Shown piece by piece: positions 35,441 through 49,400 of a stretch of DNA of 64,000 nucleotides. Numbering within the stretch: position 1 is the first letter of the stretch; the number at the start of each line of letters is the position of its first letter. The position numbers and the translations under genes are program-made. The DNA is from Isurus oxyrinchus (lineage: Eukaryota). The notes under the pieces are model-generated. The model did not search any database. It saw only the letters and a program-made list of their open reading frames with translations, and was not told where the DNA came from. The stretch spans positions 109,864,001 to 109,928,000 of the forward strand of contig JANJGN010000007.1 in assembly GCA_026770705.1 (NCBI GenBank). Direction: 5' to 3'.

Positions 35441-38400
35441 TCCAATTTCCATCACTCTGCCATGGCGGTCATGCTTGCAGATGCCACGGCCTTAAACTCT
35501 GGAATTCGAACCCCGAAACAGCTGTGCCTCTCTTTCTCCCTTTAAAAGCAGCCAATAACTCACGTTGCTCAGTGTTAGAAATTGTTTGATAATGTTCCCA
35601 GCGAAGCGCGTTGTGATAATTTATTACGTTGAAGGCAAGTGCCGCTTGGTTGGCTGTGTGCGCTCTCTTTCTGTGGGAGTTGGACTCTCCTTTCCATTTC
35701 TTCTTTGTAAATGTTTCCTATTTGTAATCTGTTCAATTCTGATGGAGGCCACAGAGGAATCCATTTCAGATTTATGTTTGTAATGCGGGATTGTGGCTGC
35801 TCCAGTGTGAACTTTGGCAACTTGTCAAAATAAAAGTCTCTTCTGGCAGCTGATTTCTTCATTTAGCTAATCATTTACTGCCAAGTGCACTCGGAGCTTG
35901 ACCTAATGGGAAATTGCGAAAACGGCACAGCGATTCTGCTAATTGTACAATGGAAACACTTGTGGTTCGAGGGTGCGCCCATCTCAGGACATGTAAATTG
36001 CAAAATATTTGCGTTTGCTTGCTCGACGTTGAAAGAAGTATAATTTAAGAAATTTATCTGAAACCTCGCGTCCCTCAACCGAACATTTCTAAATATGTTC
36101 TGTGATTCCCCGCGTGCTGATTCTGAAACTTGAAAAGCGAAGCAATCATCTTGAAATCAAATGTCAATGTTAAAATATAGTTAATTTTAGAGATGTATAT
36201 ACCTGTTTATTCTGAGAACGTCCTAGAAACAGCTCTCAGCATACCGCCCTCTCGGTTATTATCAGCTGCAATAGAGAATAGCGTGATCATTCAGCAAGTT
36301 ATCATTATGCGTAATGTCATCCAATACACTGGATTTGAATGGAGAGATGCCCTTACTGTAGAATGAAAATAAGACTTGTCGACTTAGCGAAAAGAAAAGA
36401 AACATAATTTGAATTTACATAGTGCATTTTCTGAACGCTTGAGATCCCAGAGCGCGTTGCAGCCAATTAAATCCTTTTGACACCTTGTTGGTGTTGTAAC
36501 GTAGAAGGGAAAGTAAAGTATCTCACAAATTGAACAACAGGTTAAGCAAGCTATTTTGCACCCCGACAATGTCTACGTGACGCTAGCGGTATTCTCCACT
36601 AATCGGATGCTGATGTCATTCCAAAACAAGTTGCCAAAGTTCACACCGGAGCAGCCACAATCCCGCATTACAACCAGAAATCTGAAATAGATGCCTCTGT
36701 GGCCATACAATCTAGCAATGCCATGTATGAATTTCAGCAGTGGTATGATGCCAGGTACGAATGTCCTACATCCCAACAATTTGCTGATCTAATCATCCTC
36801 CAGCTGTTCTTACCAGGCAGAGTACAGGCCACGCTTGCAAAATCCTAAACAAAACATTTACTGTTAGATGTAATTTTGTGATTGGGCAACACTTGCTGAA
36901 CAATATTGAGTCTGTTAATAGTTACGCAAACAATTTAAGGCATTGAGTCGAGCTGGTGAGGTGGCTCACATACACTTGCTACAAGCAACCTGCATTCAAA
37001 CACAGGAACCCATTCTCCCAAACAAAAGGAATATGCCTTGCACCTTCTTTGAATTTAGTGGAAATATGGAAAACCTATAATTCCCCCTTGATTCCTTCAT
37101 GGCAGCATATCAGCAAATCTACGTTCACTTGTCAACCAATCGGCACCTTTTTCCCTGTAGTATAATTATTCTGATCCATTGAAATGCGACATTCTGGCAT
37201 TTGGCCTCATGAGTGCAAGACAAAGAACTTCGACAATATGTAACTCTCTTTAGCAAACTCTATATGTCTGACATAATCCTTCACAATACATCTAAGTGCC
37301 CAGCCTATTAATTATGGAAGCTATAGTTAAAATGGCGGCGTTTGCTTCGCACATCAAGACGATTGAAAAAATATGCATCGCAAGTTGAGGGCGTAAAAAC
37401 ATCATTTGAAGGGAAGAAGGAATCGCTATACAAACCTCTCACGACCTTGGCAGCTCCCAGATCGTTTTATCCAATTAAGTACTTTCAAAAATGCAGTAAC
37501 TGTTGTAGGGAATAGACAACAGCTTGTGCAAAACAGAGGCCCACAAACAACACTGCGATATTTACCAGATATTAATTTTGAAGCGATATTGGAAGAAGGA
37601 TAAATGTTGTGTAGGAGGAGAACTTCTCTGTTCTTCTTCTAATTGTCTGGTCGGATGATTTACCTCCACCTCTGAGGCATGAAGGAGTCTTGTTTGGATA
37701 TCTCATCCAAAATGCAGCACCATCGGCCGTGCAGTTCTCCTTCAGTATTGCTTGGGAGTGACAGCCTCGAGTTTTCGCTGAAGTCACTGAAGTGGGAACA
37801 GGGCCCACGACCTGCTCGCTCACAGGGAGAATGCTACATCTGAGCTAAGGCTGACAGACACATTTGTGTTACCATCATTGCTTAAGTCTAAATGATTTGC
37901 AGCCTAAGCTGCCAGCTCTCTCTAATAGTCATTATCCTTATGTCCAGCTGATTGCAACGCACTGGCATCAAAGACTGATGCTGCTGTTGTTCTCCTCGTT
38001 CTGAGTTGGCACAGGTGATGCCCATGACTCCGGAGCCAAGCTGTAACAGCCCTGGCGTCATCTGACATAATCATTTGTGCGAACATTACCAAACACTTCA
38101 TGAATAGACTTGAAAAATATATGTGAATAAAATAAATACTTATTATTCTAACAGGATTGGCCTTTCACGTCAAGGAAACGCTGACAGCCTCCAAATGAGT
38201 GAAAATGGTGAAATAAGAAGAAATATTTACCTACGTGGAGAAAGGTTTTGTGTACACTAATTGTATTGCTCGATTGTGTAAAAACAAAAGGTTTAAACTA
38301 ATATGCACACAACCATACCCTGTATGATTTCGTTGTTGTCATACAAGTGTACTTTGACCCCGAACCAGGGGTTTCCTCCACATTGCCAGTTGCACCAAGT

Positions 38401-38869
38401 GGCAAAACTGCCACCTGCAGAATCCATAAAGTATTCAAAACACCGTCGGACATCGTATCCCTTTCCAATTTACCTTCCGACGCACGTTGAAAAGTAGCTG
38501 GCTGATTCTGTCTGTGTCAGTCCCCCTTCTTTGTTTAACCAACAGTGAAATGGCTCCCGGCTGAGGACAGCAACAACCCCGGTGGATGAATTCCGCGCTC
38601 AATCAATATAGGTTTACATTGGATTTGTGGCACAGAAACAGCGCACTCCATTCAAATAGTTCACGCCAGTGTTTATGCCCCACTCAAGCCTCCCCCATTT
38701 CTCATCTAAATATACCATTGTAACCACTCTTGCCCCATTCATCAAATACTTGTCTAGGGCCCCATTAGATTCATCCAGCAATCAGCAAGCAGCAATCCTT
38801 CGTTTACATTAAAAACCTGTGAGCTGCCTTGAAACTAACTGGCTCAAAAATCCTCCTACTGACTCACTA

Positions 38870-41640
38870 ACAGGATATCCAATGGTTCTCGATATTTAGA
38901 ACTAACAGGCAAAAACGAAAAGGAGATGGCAAGGCGTTGTTTGTGAACGTTAAAAATCCATGCAATAGTGAGAGAAAATCTAGATGTAGAATCAGTCTGG
39001 GTGAAGCTAAGAAGCAAAAATGGGCCGAAAACATTAGTGGGTGTTGTCCATAGGCTTCCAAACAGTAGTGATAAGATAGGGGCGGCATTAAACAGTGAGT
39101 TAAAGATGTAGGTTACAAGGAGAGTGCTACAGTATTGATAATGGTGACTTTAATCTGCATATGTAATAGGCAAATAAAATTAGCAATAATACTGTGGTGA
39201 ATGCATTCCTGGAATGTGTATGAGATGTTGTTTAGACTAGTATTTCGGGGAACTAAGGAGCAGGCTATCCTAGATTTCGTATTGTGCAATCAGAAGGGGT
39301 TAATTAAGAATCTTGCTGTGCTGGGTCCTTTGGAGAACAATGACCATAACATGATAGGAAACCTCATTAGGATGGAAAGTGAAGTAGTCCAATTTGGGGT
39401 CGCAAATATTAACAAAGGAAACTACAAAGGTATGAGGCATGAGTTGGCTAAGATAGTTTAGGGAACTTCATTGACAGGCGGATAGAAAATGGCTAATATT
39501 TAAGAAACGAATGTATGCATTGCAACAGTTTTACATTCCTTGCTGGCGCAAAAACACAACTGGAAAAGCGGCCCAACCATGGCTAACAAAAAAAAGTAAG
39601 GATAGTATTAGATCCAAAGAGGTGTCATATAAAATTGCTAAAAAAAAGCAGTAAGGCTGGAGATTGTGAACAGTTTAGAATGGAGCAAAGGAGGGCCAAG
39701 AGTTTGATTAAGAGGGAAAAAATACAGAATGAGAAGAAACTTGCAAGGAACATAAAAGCAGGCTGTAAAAGCTTCTGTAATGATGTAAAAAGATAAAAGC
39801 TTGGTCAAGACAAATGCAGGTTCTTAAAGTCGAAAACGGGGGCATTTAAACAAGAAAACAATGACATGGCAGGAAAATTAAACTACTATAGTTCTAGCTT
39901 CACAGAGGAAGACACAAATAACGTCCCAGAAATACTAGGGAACCAAGGGTCCAGTGAGAAGGAGGAATTGAAGGAAATTAGAATTACTAAAACAACACTG
40001 CTGGAGAAATTAATGGAACTAAAAGCCGATAAATCCCCAAAACCCAATAATCTGCAGCCCCGGGTGCTAAAGGAGCTGACCATGGAAATAGCACTGAAGA
40101 ACAGACTCTAAACGTTAAATCTGTATCTCTCTCCACACATGCTGTCAGGCCTGCTCACTTTTTCCAGTATTTTCTGTTTTTATTTCAAATAGTGGATTCA
40201 TTGATTGTCATCTTCCAAAATTCTGTAGATGCTGGAACGGTGCTGGCAGATTGGAAGGTGGAAAATGTAACCCCACTAATCAAAAAATGCGGGAGGGAGA
40301 AAAGTGCAAATTACAGACCGATTAGCCTAACATCAACAGTCGGGAAAATGTTAGAGTCTATTATAAAGGATGTGATAACAGGATACTTAGAAAATATCAA
40401 CGGGATTAGACAAAGTCAACATGGATTTATGAAAGGGAAATCATGTTCGACAAACCTAATGCAGTTCTTAAAGGGTGCAACTAGCAGAATAGATAGGAAA
40501 GAACCCATTGATGTGGTGCATTTGGATTTCCTGACAGCATTTGGTAAAGTCCCACATAAGAGATTAGTGTGTAAAATTGAAGCACATGGGATTGTGGGTA
40601 ATATATCGACATGGATTGAGAATTGGTTAGCAGAAAGGGAACAGAGGGTAAGGAATAAATAGGTCTTTGTCAAGTGGCTGATAGCTTGGGCCCCAGCTAT
40701 CCACAATATATATCAATGAATTGGATGAGGGAACCAAATGTAATATGTCCAAGTTTGATGACAACTCGAAACTACGTGGGAATGTGAATGTTGAGGTCGA
40801 TGTTAAGAGGCCTCAAGGCGATTTAGACAGGTTGAATGTGCAGGAAAATACATGACAGGTGCTTTATAACGTGGATAAGTGTGAGGGTATCCGCTTTGGT
40901 AGGAAAAACAGAATGGTAGAGTTTTGTTTAAATAGTTGTAGATTGGGAAATTTTGATGTAAAATGGACCTGGGTGCCCTTGGACACCAGACACTGAAAGC
41001 AAGCATGCAGGCGCAGCAAACAGTTAAAATGGTCTTCATTGTGAGAGGACTTGATTACAGAAGCAAAAATATCCTTCTGCAATTGTACAGGGCCTAGGTG
41101 AGACCACGCCTGTAATATTGCGTGCAGTTTTGGTCTCCTTACCTAACAAAAGATATGCTTGACGTAGAGGGAGTACAGCAAAGGTTCACCAGACTGATTC
41201 CTGGGATTGCAGGATTGTTGTGTGAGGAAGGACTGGGTCGCTAGGTCTGTGTTCACTGGAGATTGGAAGAATGAGAGGGGATCTCATTGAAACATATAAA
41301 ATTCGAAAAGGGATGGACAGACTAGATGCAGGGATGATGTTTCCTCTGGCTGGGAGGTCTGGAGCACAGTCTCAGGGTACACGGTAAACCATTTAGGACT
41401 GAGATGAGGAGAAACTCCAAGGGTGATGAACCTGTGGAATTCTCTATCACAAAAGCATGTGGTGGCCAAGTCACTGAATGTAATTAAGGAAGAAATAGAT
41501 TTATGGACTGTAAGGGCATCAAGGGGTAAGAGTGGAGCATAGGAGTATGGCATTAAGATAGTGGGTCAGCCATGATCATACTGAATGGCAGAGTAGGCTT
41601 GAAGGGACGAATGATGTACTCATGCTCCATGTTTCTATGT
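38870..41640 (+). mobile_element. Degraded CR1 LINE (endonuclease to 3' end) with a 95-bp Penelope-terminus insertion at about 40092-40186
   Basis: ILDFVLCN, DHNMI, ADKSPKPNNLQPRVLKEL, NYRPISLTSTVGKMLE, QHGFMKGKSC; insertion flanked by direct repeat aaatag. Confidence 0.88.
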
Positions 41641-41649
41641 TTCCAACTC

Positions 41650-42200
41650 TTAATAACTTATTAACCCCTCCTATTTCTTTTCCACTAGCTGTTTCCCAGA
41701 ACACTCCCACTCACCATCTCTCTTGTCCTTTCCACTTGTCATCTCTCCCAACCCTGTTCACGATGTCTCACAACATTCTCACTCATCGATTTTCCTGCTC
41801 ACCACTTCCCTCTCCCAACCTTCCTGCTCACCGCTTCCCTCTCTTGACCCTCTCAGTAGCTGCTTACTTTCACCACCCTTCGGGTCATCACTTCCCTCCT
41901 CCGATTCTCCCACTCACCACCCCCACCTCTGCCCCCACCCCCCAGCTCCTTCCTTCCCACTCACTGCCCCCTTCACTCCCTAACATTCCTCTCTTGCTAC
42001 CCCTCTTCTGAGCCTCGGTCACAGCGAGGGCTTGGTAGAAGGGAGACCAGCAAGATAGCGGGCGGAAAGGAGCAAGGGTTCAGGAGAGGGAAGCAATGAG
42101 TGGAAAGGAGCAGGAGGGTCGGGATAGGGGTGGCGATTGGGAGGGTCGAGATAGAGAAGTGAAGATCGATAAGGTCTGGAAAGGGAAGAGGAAAGCAAAG
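41650..42200. repeat. Pyrimidine-rich tract followed by purine-rich tract (low complexity, loosely self-complementary)
   Basis: CT-rich 41650-42010 switches to GA-rich 42030-42200; ctcaccgcttccctctcttgaccct vs agggttcaggagagggaagcaatgag. Confidence 0.6.
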
Positions 42201-44091
42201 CAGAGCTGTGTTTAATAAAGACTTAGCATGTGCAGAAATTGCACTAGAACAAACATGGAGTCAGCACGATTCAGGGAACTTCCCTAATTTACAAATTGTG
42301 CTCAAATGAAAGTGCTCTATTGGAACAGAATTTAATTGGAGATACTCTACTTGCTTGAACCCTCCATCAAGTGGAAATTGCAACCTGATAGCAAGTTCCA
42401 CATTTTCCCCACACTTTGGTTAAAGGAATTTCTTTTGTATCCCCTATCAAATTTCTTGCTGACTTCTATATCTATGGCTCCAAGTTATGCTATTCCCCAC
42501 AAGAGGCAACAAACTCCTCAAAACCTTTCAGAATTTTAAACACACCAGAGACCCAACCTGTTAATCCTTTCCTGCTATACATACCCACGTATTTCTGGTA
42601 TCAATTCTGAAAGTGTTGTCAGCACCCGCACCAGTGCCTCCATATCTTTTTATAAATATGATGACCAGAACTGCATTCAGTACTCTAAGTGGTCTAACCA
42701 GGCTTCCAAACAAGTTCAGCCCAATTTCCTTATTTTCAACTCTATTCCTCTAGACTTAAAACCTAGAGTTTGTTTTTCGAGCAAACAGCTGCATTCAGGT
42801 GTCCAACACTCCTTAACTAGTGGAGGATTTTAGTCTGTTTTCAACTAGCCAGGTAAGCAAGGCTAAGGAATGTGTTTATTTTTCCCAAAGGTTGCTGACA
42901 ATATATAGTGACAATATGAAAGTTTTTTTTTATATTATGAAGGAGGTACAGTTTCAAAGACGCATGGAACAATAGAATTAACATGTTAAAAAGTGAGAAA
43001 CATATATAAAGGAGAGTGAAAGGCTATGTGTCAGGAGAAGGCCATGTAAGATCTAACAGGAGTGTATGAAGTAGCCTTAATGAAACCTCAAGCATTTGTG
43101 CATAGGTCTGCTGTCTACAAAAACCGAAGCTGGAAAAATCATTTGGACTTCCACTATCCAGGGTATTGTGATAACTTTCTGGACCTGTTTTAAATCTAAA
43201 ATCTATTTTTGGACCGTTGCCTTAAAGGGGTGTAACTGGTGCTCAGGTTAATTAGGAATTTTAGGAGTTATTATAGTAATAATTGTAGTATTATGTATGT
43301 GCTTGACATCTTTTAGTTTGTTAATAAGTATTTTTATTTTAATTATTTAAATCTCTAAAGGTATTGGTAGACGTATTATTACTGAATGCATTCACACGCA
43401 TCACAGTAAATACAAATTGCAAAATTGTTGTGATAGCGCGACCAAATTTCCCTATGGATTTGGTCCGCCTGGCACATATCATCTGCCCCGCATCATAACA
43501 ATTGTCCGTCTTGATGATGGCGACATTGTGAACAATGAAAATCATCTGGAAATTTCATGCGCCCTGAGAAAGCAACTGGGACAGAGAGGGTCGGCGGAGA
43601 GAGAGAGAGAGGCAATCGACGAGAGTTGGGGGAGGGAGTTAGAAAAATAGAGCAACAAAAATTGGAGGGAAGGAGAGTTCATGGCAGCCTGTGACGGGTG
43701 CTGATGGTTTGTTTTGGGGGTATCAGGCAACTTCGGCGCTACCTCCTGAGGACAAAGCCTTAATTTCATGAATCTGGGCCTCGACAGCTAAATGTGGGCG
43801 CCGGGGAGTTGGGGGTGGTGGAGTCAGAGAATTAAATTAGCTTTTTGTTTTCCTTAGTGTTCGTCATAAAATGATATGACAAGCTCAATAGTTACTTAGA
43901 TCAATGACGTAATTGAGGTATCAGTGGTACTTGGTGTTTCTATTTGTGGTAGACACCGTAGAAATACCGTATAAGTAGCTTTCATTTGAACACTACTCAC
44001 CATTACCTCCATTCTTGTGAGGTTTTTCATTGACATATGAATTGAGTTACTCATCTCACTATAAAAAACTCAAATATTTTATTATAGGCCT

Positions 44092-44366
44092 TTTAAAGTG
44101 ATTGGCAAAGGAACCCGAGGCTTCTGACCTTTGGTTAGGTGTTAGTTACAGCCTATTCCCAGTCATTGTTACGATAGGCTCGTACTGCTCCAATGCATGG
44201 CAGTGAGGCACAGGACTCCTTATTGATTTCAATCATCTAACTCGACACAGAGCGGATTTGGAAACTGGAACCTGCAACAAGCTGGTCGTTTGTTCTCGTT
44301 GTTCCATTTGTGGGTATTACCTAAAACACCCGGAATTTTCCTTGCTTGTTGAGGTGAATTAAGCGA
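44092..44366 (-). repeat. 275-bp near-identical inverted copy of 47499-47773 (gene B intron 2)
   Basis: Reverse complement matches with only about 3 mismatches. Confidence 0.92.
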
Positions 44367-46435
44367 AAACAGTCACGAAAGAGATCACAACTGTGACACT
44401 CACTTGGATCGGTGATATGGAGCTGCGCCCCTGTTCCAGTGATGGCCATCACCAATTATCTTTCGAGTTATTCATTGTAAACCCCTGTGGGATAACAGAT
44501 TTTTTAACTCTTTTGGAGTCAAACAATTAAATTAAATAAGTTTTGTATATAGTTGCAAAACACTAGCCAAATATTGGATTCAATAAGGGAAGACAATTGA
44601 GATGAACAACAATTATTCACTAATCAGGCAGCTACCACAAGTTCGCTCTTTCAGAACAGGCCGGAGCAAGTAGGAATACTATCTGTTCTATTTCGTTATG
44701 CTTTGCCTCACAACAACAGCGAAATTGCATTCACTGTTATCAAACAACAGCAGCAAAAGCAAGGCTAAGCTCACCGTGCCTCCAATCAGTTCAGTTGTCC
44801 GCTCACTTAAATTTATGTTTAATGAAAACTTTCTAATCTTCCGAAAGATGGAATTGTGAGGAGAAACTGAGAGAATGGCTCACATTTTACTGATTTCAAA
44901 GAGAAAGCAGATTTCAAGGAAAGTATTTTTGAAGGTGTCAGGAAAAATGAGGAGGCTGCTAAAAACAGAGAGGGTACTTGACTTTATTAATAGAGACACA
45001 AGGTACAGTGACGAAATTATTCTAAATCTTTATAAAGCACAAGATCAACCTCGGTTGGAATCTTCTTTTCAATTCTGAAGGATGTCAGGGACTTGGAGAG
45101 GGTGCAAGAAAGGGTTGCTGGTGATTTGCCAGGTTTAAGGGCCTTGGGTTATGTGGAAAGACTGGGGAAGCTACCGTTGTTCTCCTTAGAGTCCGGAAAG
45201 TTAAAAGAAGGATAGATAGCGACTTCCAAAGTTGTGAACAGTTTTGCTTAAGTGAATAAGGAGAAACTGTTCCCAGTAACACAAGAGTCAGTAACCAAAA
45301 GACAGAGGTTTAAGGTGATTGGTTAAAGAAACCGAGGCTTCTAACATTTGGCTGGAAGTTATTTGCAGTGTAGCCCCGTCCTGTTGTTACCATTGATTCG
45401 TACAGCTTAACTGGACGGCAGTAAGGAGCAGAAATCCTGATTGATTTTTGCCTACTGATTTAGATCAGCTCACTCGTCACGCAGCGGATTTGAAAATAGG
45501 AACCTGCAACAGGCTGAAAGCCGTGAATAACCAGTCTTACTTTCATTGATCTCTCCTCTTTGCAACCAGCTCAACGAGGGTCGTTTTAGTTAGTCCAACC
45601 GCAGGCATCACCTCACACACTGCAAATATTCCTTCCGAAGAAGAATTACATTCAACTGAAAATTTTAACTCGGTTTCTCTCTCTACAGATACTGCTAGAA
45701 CTGTTGATTTTTTCCAGCACATTCTGTCTTTATTTCAGATCTTGAGTATCCCCCGTATTTTGCTTTTATTATTCGCGAATACTCCTTGTTGCATTTCAGG
45801 CCTGCTGGAATAATAACTGTAACATTGAAAGATATCAATATAGAACGAACATTTCATCTCTGGTATGGTGCAGGTAAAATTGACCTAACAGCTCTGGAAT
45901 GAAAATAAGGGAGATGAGCAGGATTATTAATCTAAATTTCTATTCCAGTGAGCTCTATTCCGATGGGTGGAGGCTGGTTGGGGTCTCGATCGCAGCAGGC
46001 TCTAAATGCTCAGGAGTAAATAGTTGCACACTTACTTTGTCCCTGCTCCTACTTGAAGTCGAATGCCTTAGGTGAAGTGCTGGAGGACTGCCTGCGCCTG
46101 CGGCCTGCATCTTTAGCTTTAGGATAGAGTGAAGTGTCAAAGGTAGGTGTTGAAAAAGGAGGTGAATGGAACGAAGTGTCCCGGGAGCGGCTGAGAAAAC
46201 ATTACTCTTCAGGTGAAAGCTTTTCAGCCGGCAGTTTGGAGGGGAACTTCAACTTCCCAGACTCCACCACGGAAGAATAAGCAGAACCAATACTCTGCTT
46301 TAGACATGTGATCTCTCATGTCGTCGTTATTAGTTTCACATATTTACCCATGAAATCAAGTTCTTATACAAGCCATTGGAGATATCATTCTCACTTACAG
46401 CAAGTAGGCAACTAACATTTATTTGCAACATATCG

Positions 46436-49400
46436 ATGCAAGTTATAGTTCAGTACATGACTCTTCTGGGCATGGTTTGGCCAGGAAACTTTGGTTTTGA
46501 TATGCTGCCGGTTTCTGATTAGCAAATCCTAATTTAAATGATTCTACAACTGTTACGCATTTTAAATTCAACACTGTGCCTCTCTAATTCGGCTGCCGGT
46601 GTTTCATAATGAATCTTATCTTTTTCATCTCTTAGTTATTTTTCTTCATCTATTGTAAGCAATGTTATCACCGTCGTGTTAATTTTTTGATAGCCGCCGG
46701 AGTAACTTCGTAGAAAGTGGAGCAGTTCCCTAAATACTTGAAGGAACATAGAGGAGCGAATGTTTCCATATTCTGCAGGTTCCCCATATCTCAAGGTCTT
46801 CCCGATGTTCGTTGGTGGAGACGCGGTGAGGAATCATTTCTGGAATCAGACAGCAGAAAGCGAGTTCATGCCAAAAAAGACGGTGGTTCGTTTGACGTCC
46901 TGAATGTGACTTTTACAGACTCCGAGATGTATTATTGCAAAGTTAAGCATGAGAAAAACTTTACTGGAAATGGAACTGGCACTCAGCTCACTGTGCACGG
47001 TAGGTGTTCTCTTAAGTGGGAGGGTTACTGCTCTGTGCGATGCATGTCATCTGAGTTTTTTTTATCACTGGAGGAAAACCTGATGATATCGAATTCATTT
47101 TACACATCATCGGGTTTCATTCCATTGACCTCGGTGTATAACGGACATCTTAGATTTGAAATTAAGCAATGGACTAACATTAACAAAAAACAGAAAATGT
47201 CGGAAATATTCAGGAGGTCAGGGAGCCTCTGTGGAGAGAAGCAGAGTTAGCGTTTCATGTGGATAATCATAATCGATCCGAAAATTTAACTCCGTTTCTC
47301 TACACAGGTGTCGCCCATCCTGCTGAATACTTCCAGCATTTTCTGTTTGTATTTCAGGCTTCCAGCATCTGTAGTATTATGTGTTTGTGTTGCAATAGGA
47401 TAAAATGTTTCCATCTCACCAAAATAACGGTGCCGCAGTGCAACAATGGAAGCGACATTAACACCTCCTAGGTCAAGTAATTTATACAACATTAAAGATC
47501 GCTTAATTCACCTCAACAAGCAAGGAAAATTCCGAGTGTTTTAGGTAATACCCACAAATGGAACTACGAGAACAAACGACCAGCTTGTTGCAGGTTCCAG
47601 TTTCCAAATCCGCTCTGTGTCGAGTTAGATGATCGAAATCAATAAGGAGTCCTGTGCCTCACTGCCATGCATTGGAGCAGTACGAGCCTATCGTAACAAT
47701 GACTGGGAATAGGCTGTAACTAACACCTAACCAAAGGTCAGAAGCCTCGGGTTCCTTTGCCAATCACTTTAAATCCCTGTCTTCTGATTACCGATTCTTG
47801 TGTTACTGGGAACAGTTTCTATTTGATTACTTAATCATAACTTTGAAAGTCGCTATCAAGCCTCCTCTTAACCTTCTCAGGTCTCAGGGGAATAACGTAG
47901 CTTCTCCACTCTCTCCACATAATCTAGTCTCATAAGCCTGGTAAATCTCCAGCAGATCATTTCTGCATCCTCTCTAAGTGTCTTCATTATAAACTTACCA
48001 CAGCGATGAATATTTCGCAATCCAGCTACCTTTTCCTGTCTACCGCTCGAAATTGCCGACCTAACATTTTATATACTGGATTGGCCGAAATTTGAGATGA
48101 CTAGATTTTTGCTAGGTATAGGTACCAAGGAAATATAATTAAGTCAGACAAATGGTTTTGAAGTAGAGATCAACCATAAACTAAATGAACTGCAGGGCCA
48201 GTTGGGGGAGTTGAATGGACACCCTGTTGTTATGTCCACAGTTTAAAATTCGTGTTTGTGTCAATTAATAACTTGATCGAAGTAACAAACGATTTCCACA
48301 AAGGAATACTGCAACCCCTTAAGAAGGGAGATGTCGATCTTGCCCCTCAATGTTGGATTCCACCCCCAAGTCCCAGAACTTGCAGGACAATTAAGATGCC
48401 CAATGCCTTTATTTGAATTTCTGGGCACAACAATTGCACTCTCTCTGAGTCACTCACAACCGGTAAAATGTAGGCAGGAAAACACCTAACATTTCTATGA
48501 ACAGCTGGGCTCCCGTATTTGTAATTCTTAATTTCCATGTTCACTCTCCATTGGCAGGCGGAAGTTACAGCACGGGACCAAGAGAACACTGGCTTATTTC
48601 TCCCCAGCGGGGATTCTGTCGCCACTAATTCAATAATTTGCCATTGGTATAATAAAGGAAAAGAAAATGTAAGAAGGTTGACTTTAATAAAGAACAAAAT
48701 AATGCAACCTTATAAGGCACTTTACTTCCAATTATCAGGTGATTTTAGATAGAGCGGGCGGATGGATACAGCGGTTCACATCAAGAAATGGTAAATTTGG
48801 ACTGTTCTAAATTGAATCTTCTCCAGACAAAATGTGTTCAATGAAGCTGTAGAATGGCAAATCTCTAGGAATTGTGTAAGACATGTACTCTGGGTTAGGA
48901 TTTCCTATTCGGTTTCGGTCGTCTGTATGGCTATTGTGATTATACAGTCATAAATAATTATCAAAATAAATTCTTTCGTGGAGAGCCAAACACTCCAGCT
49001 CTCCACCCCCGTCTAGAGAAAGACCGTTTGGTGAAAAACGCACGATAAATTCGGACAGGAATCCCACTCGGGGTTTGTGCTGCAAGTCCTAATACCGCTC
49101 TATGATCTGGCATTTCCATTCCGAGCAGTGACACTTGCTTCCTGGTTGTTAACCAGCCTGGGACATACTCCCTCTTTGTGGGTCGCTTGAAAAAACATCC
49201 GGCAAATTTGCTGTGCGCCGCATAACATTGTGTAAAATAAATGCAAACATAAAGGTAACCACGTGACAGCAAGGATCACTATTCTCACAGTATGAGGTTA
49301 AGAGCATAGCGAGAGTAGACAACTGAGAATGTGCTCCTCTAAATTCAAAAACAATATTTATTTCATGTTAAGGTACCTCCAACATCACTGAAAATCGTTC

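Noticed and set aside
35601-35783. Hydrophobic ORF as a TM exon of gene C
   Set aside because: No similarity to the A/B TM exon, no basic stop-transfer cluster, no clear donor
37978-38245. Possible leader-like and tyrosine-containing mini-exons
   Set aside because: In-frame stops and no homology to the family exons; indistinguishable from chance
41622-42011. Pro/Leu/Ser-rich ORFs
   Set aside because: Product of a low-complexity pyrimidine tract
42770-43500. Solo LTR ending in ...catcataaca
   Set aside because: Only the 3' terminus is suggestive; no matching 5' TG end, TSD, PBS or internal ORFs identified
46706-46716. TAG at 46711 as a rescuing alternative acceptor for gene B V exon
   Set aside because: It would be phase 0 against a phase-1 leader, and the leader donor is itself mutated
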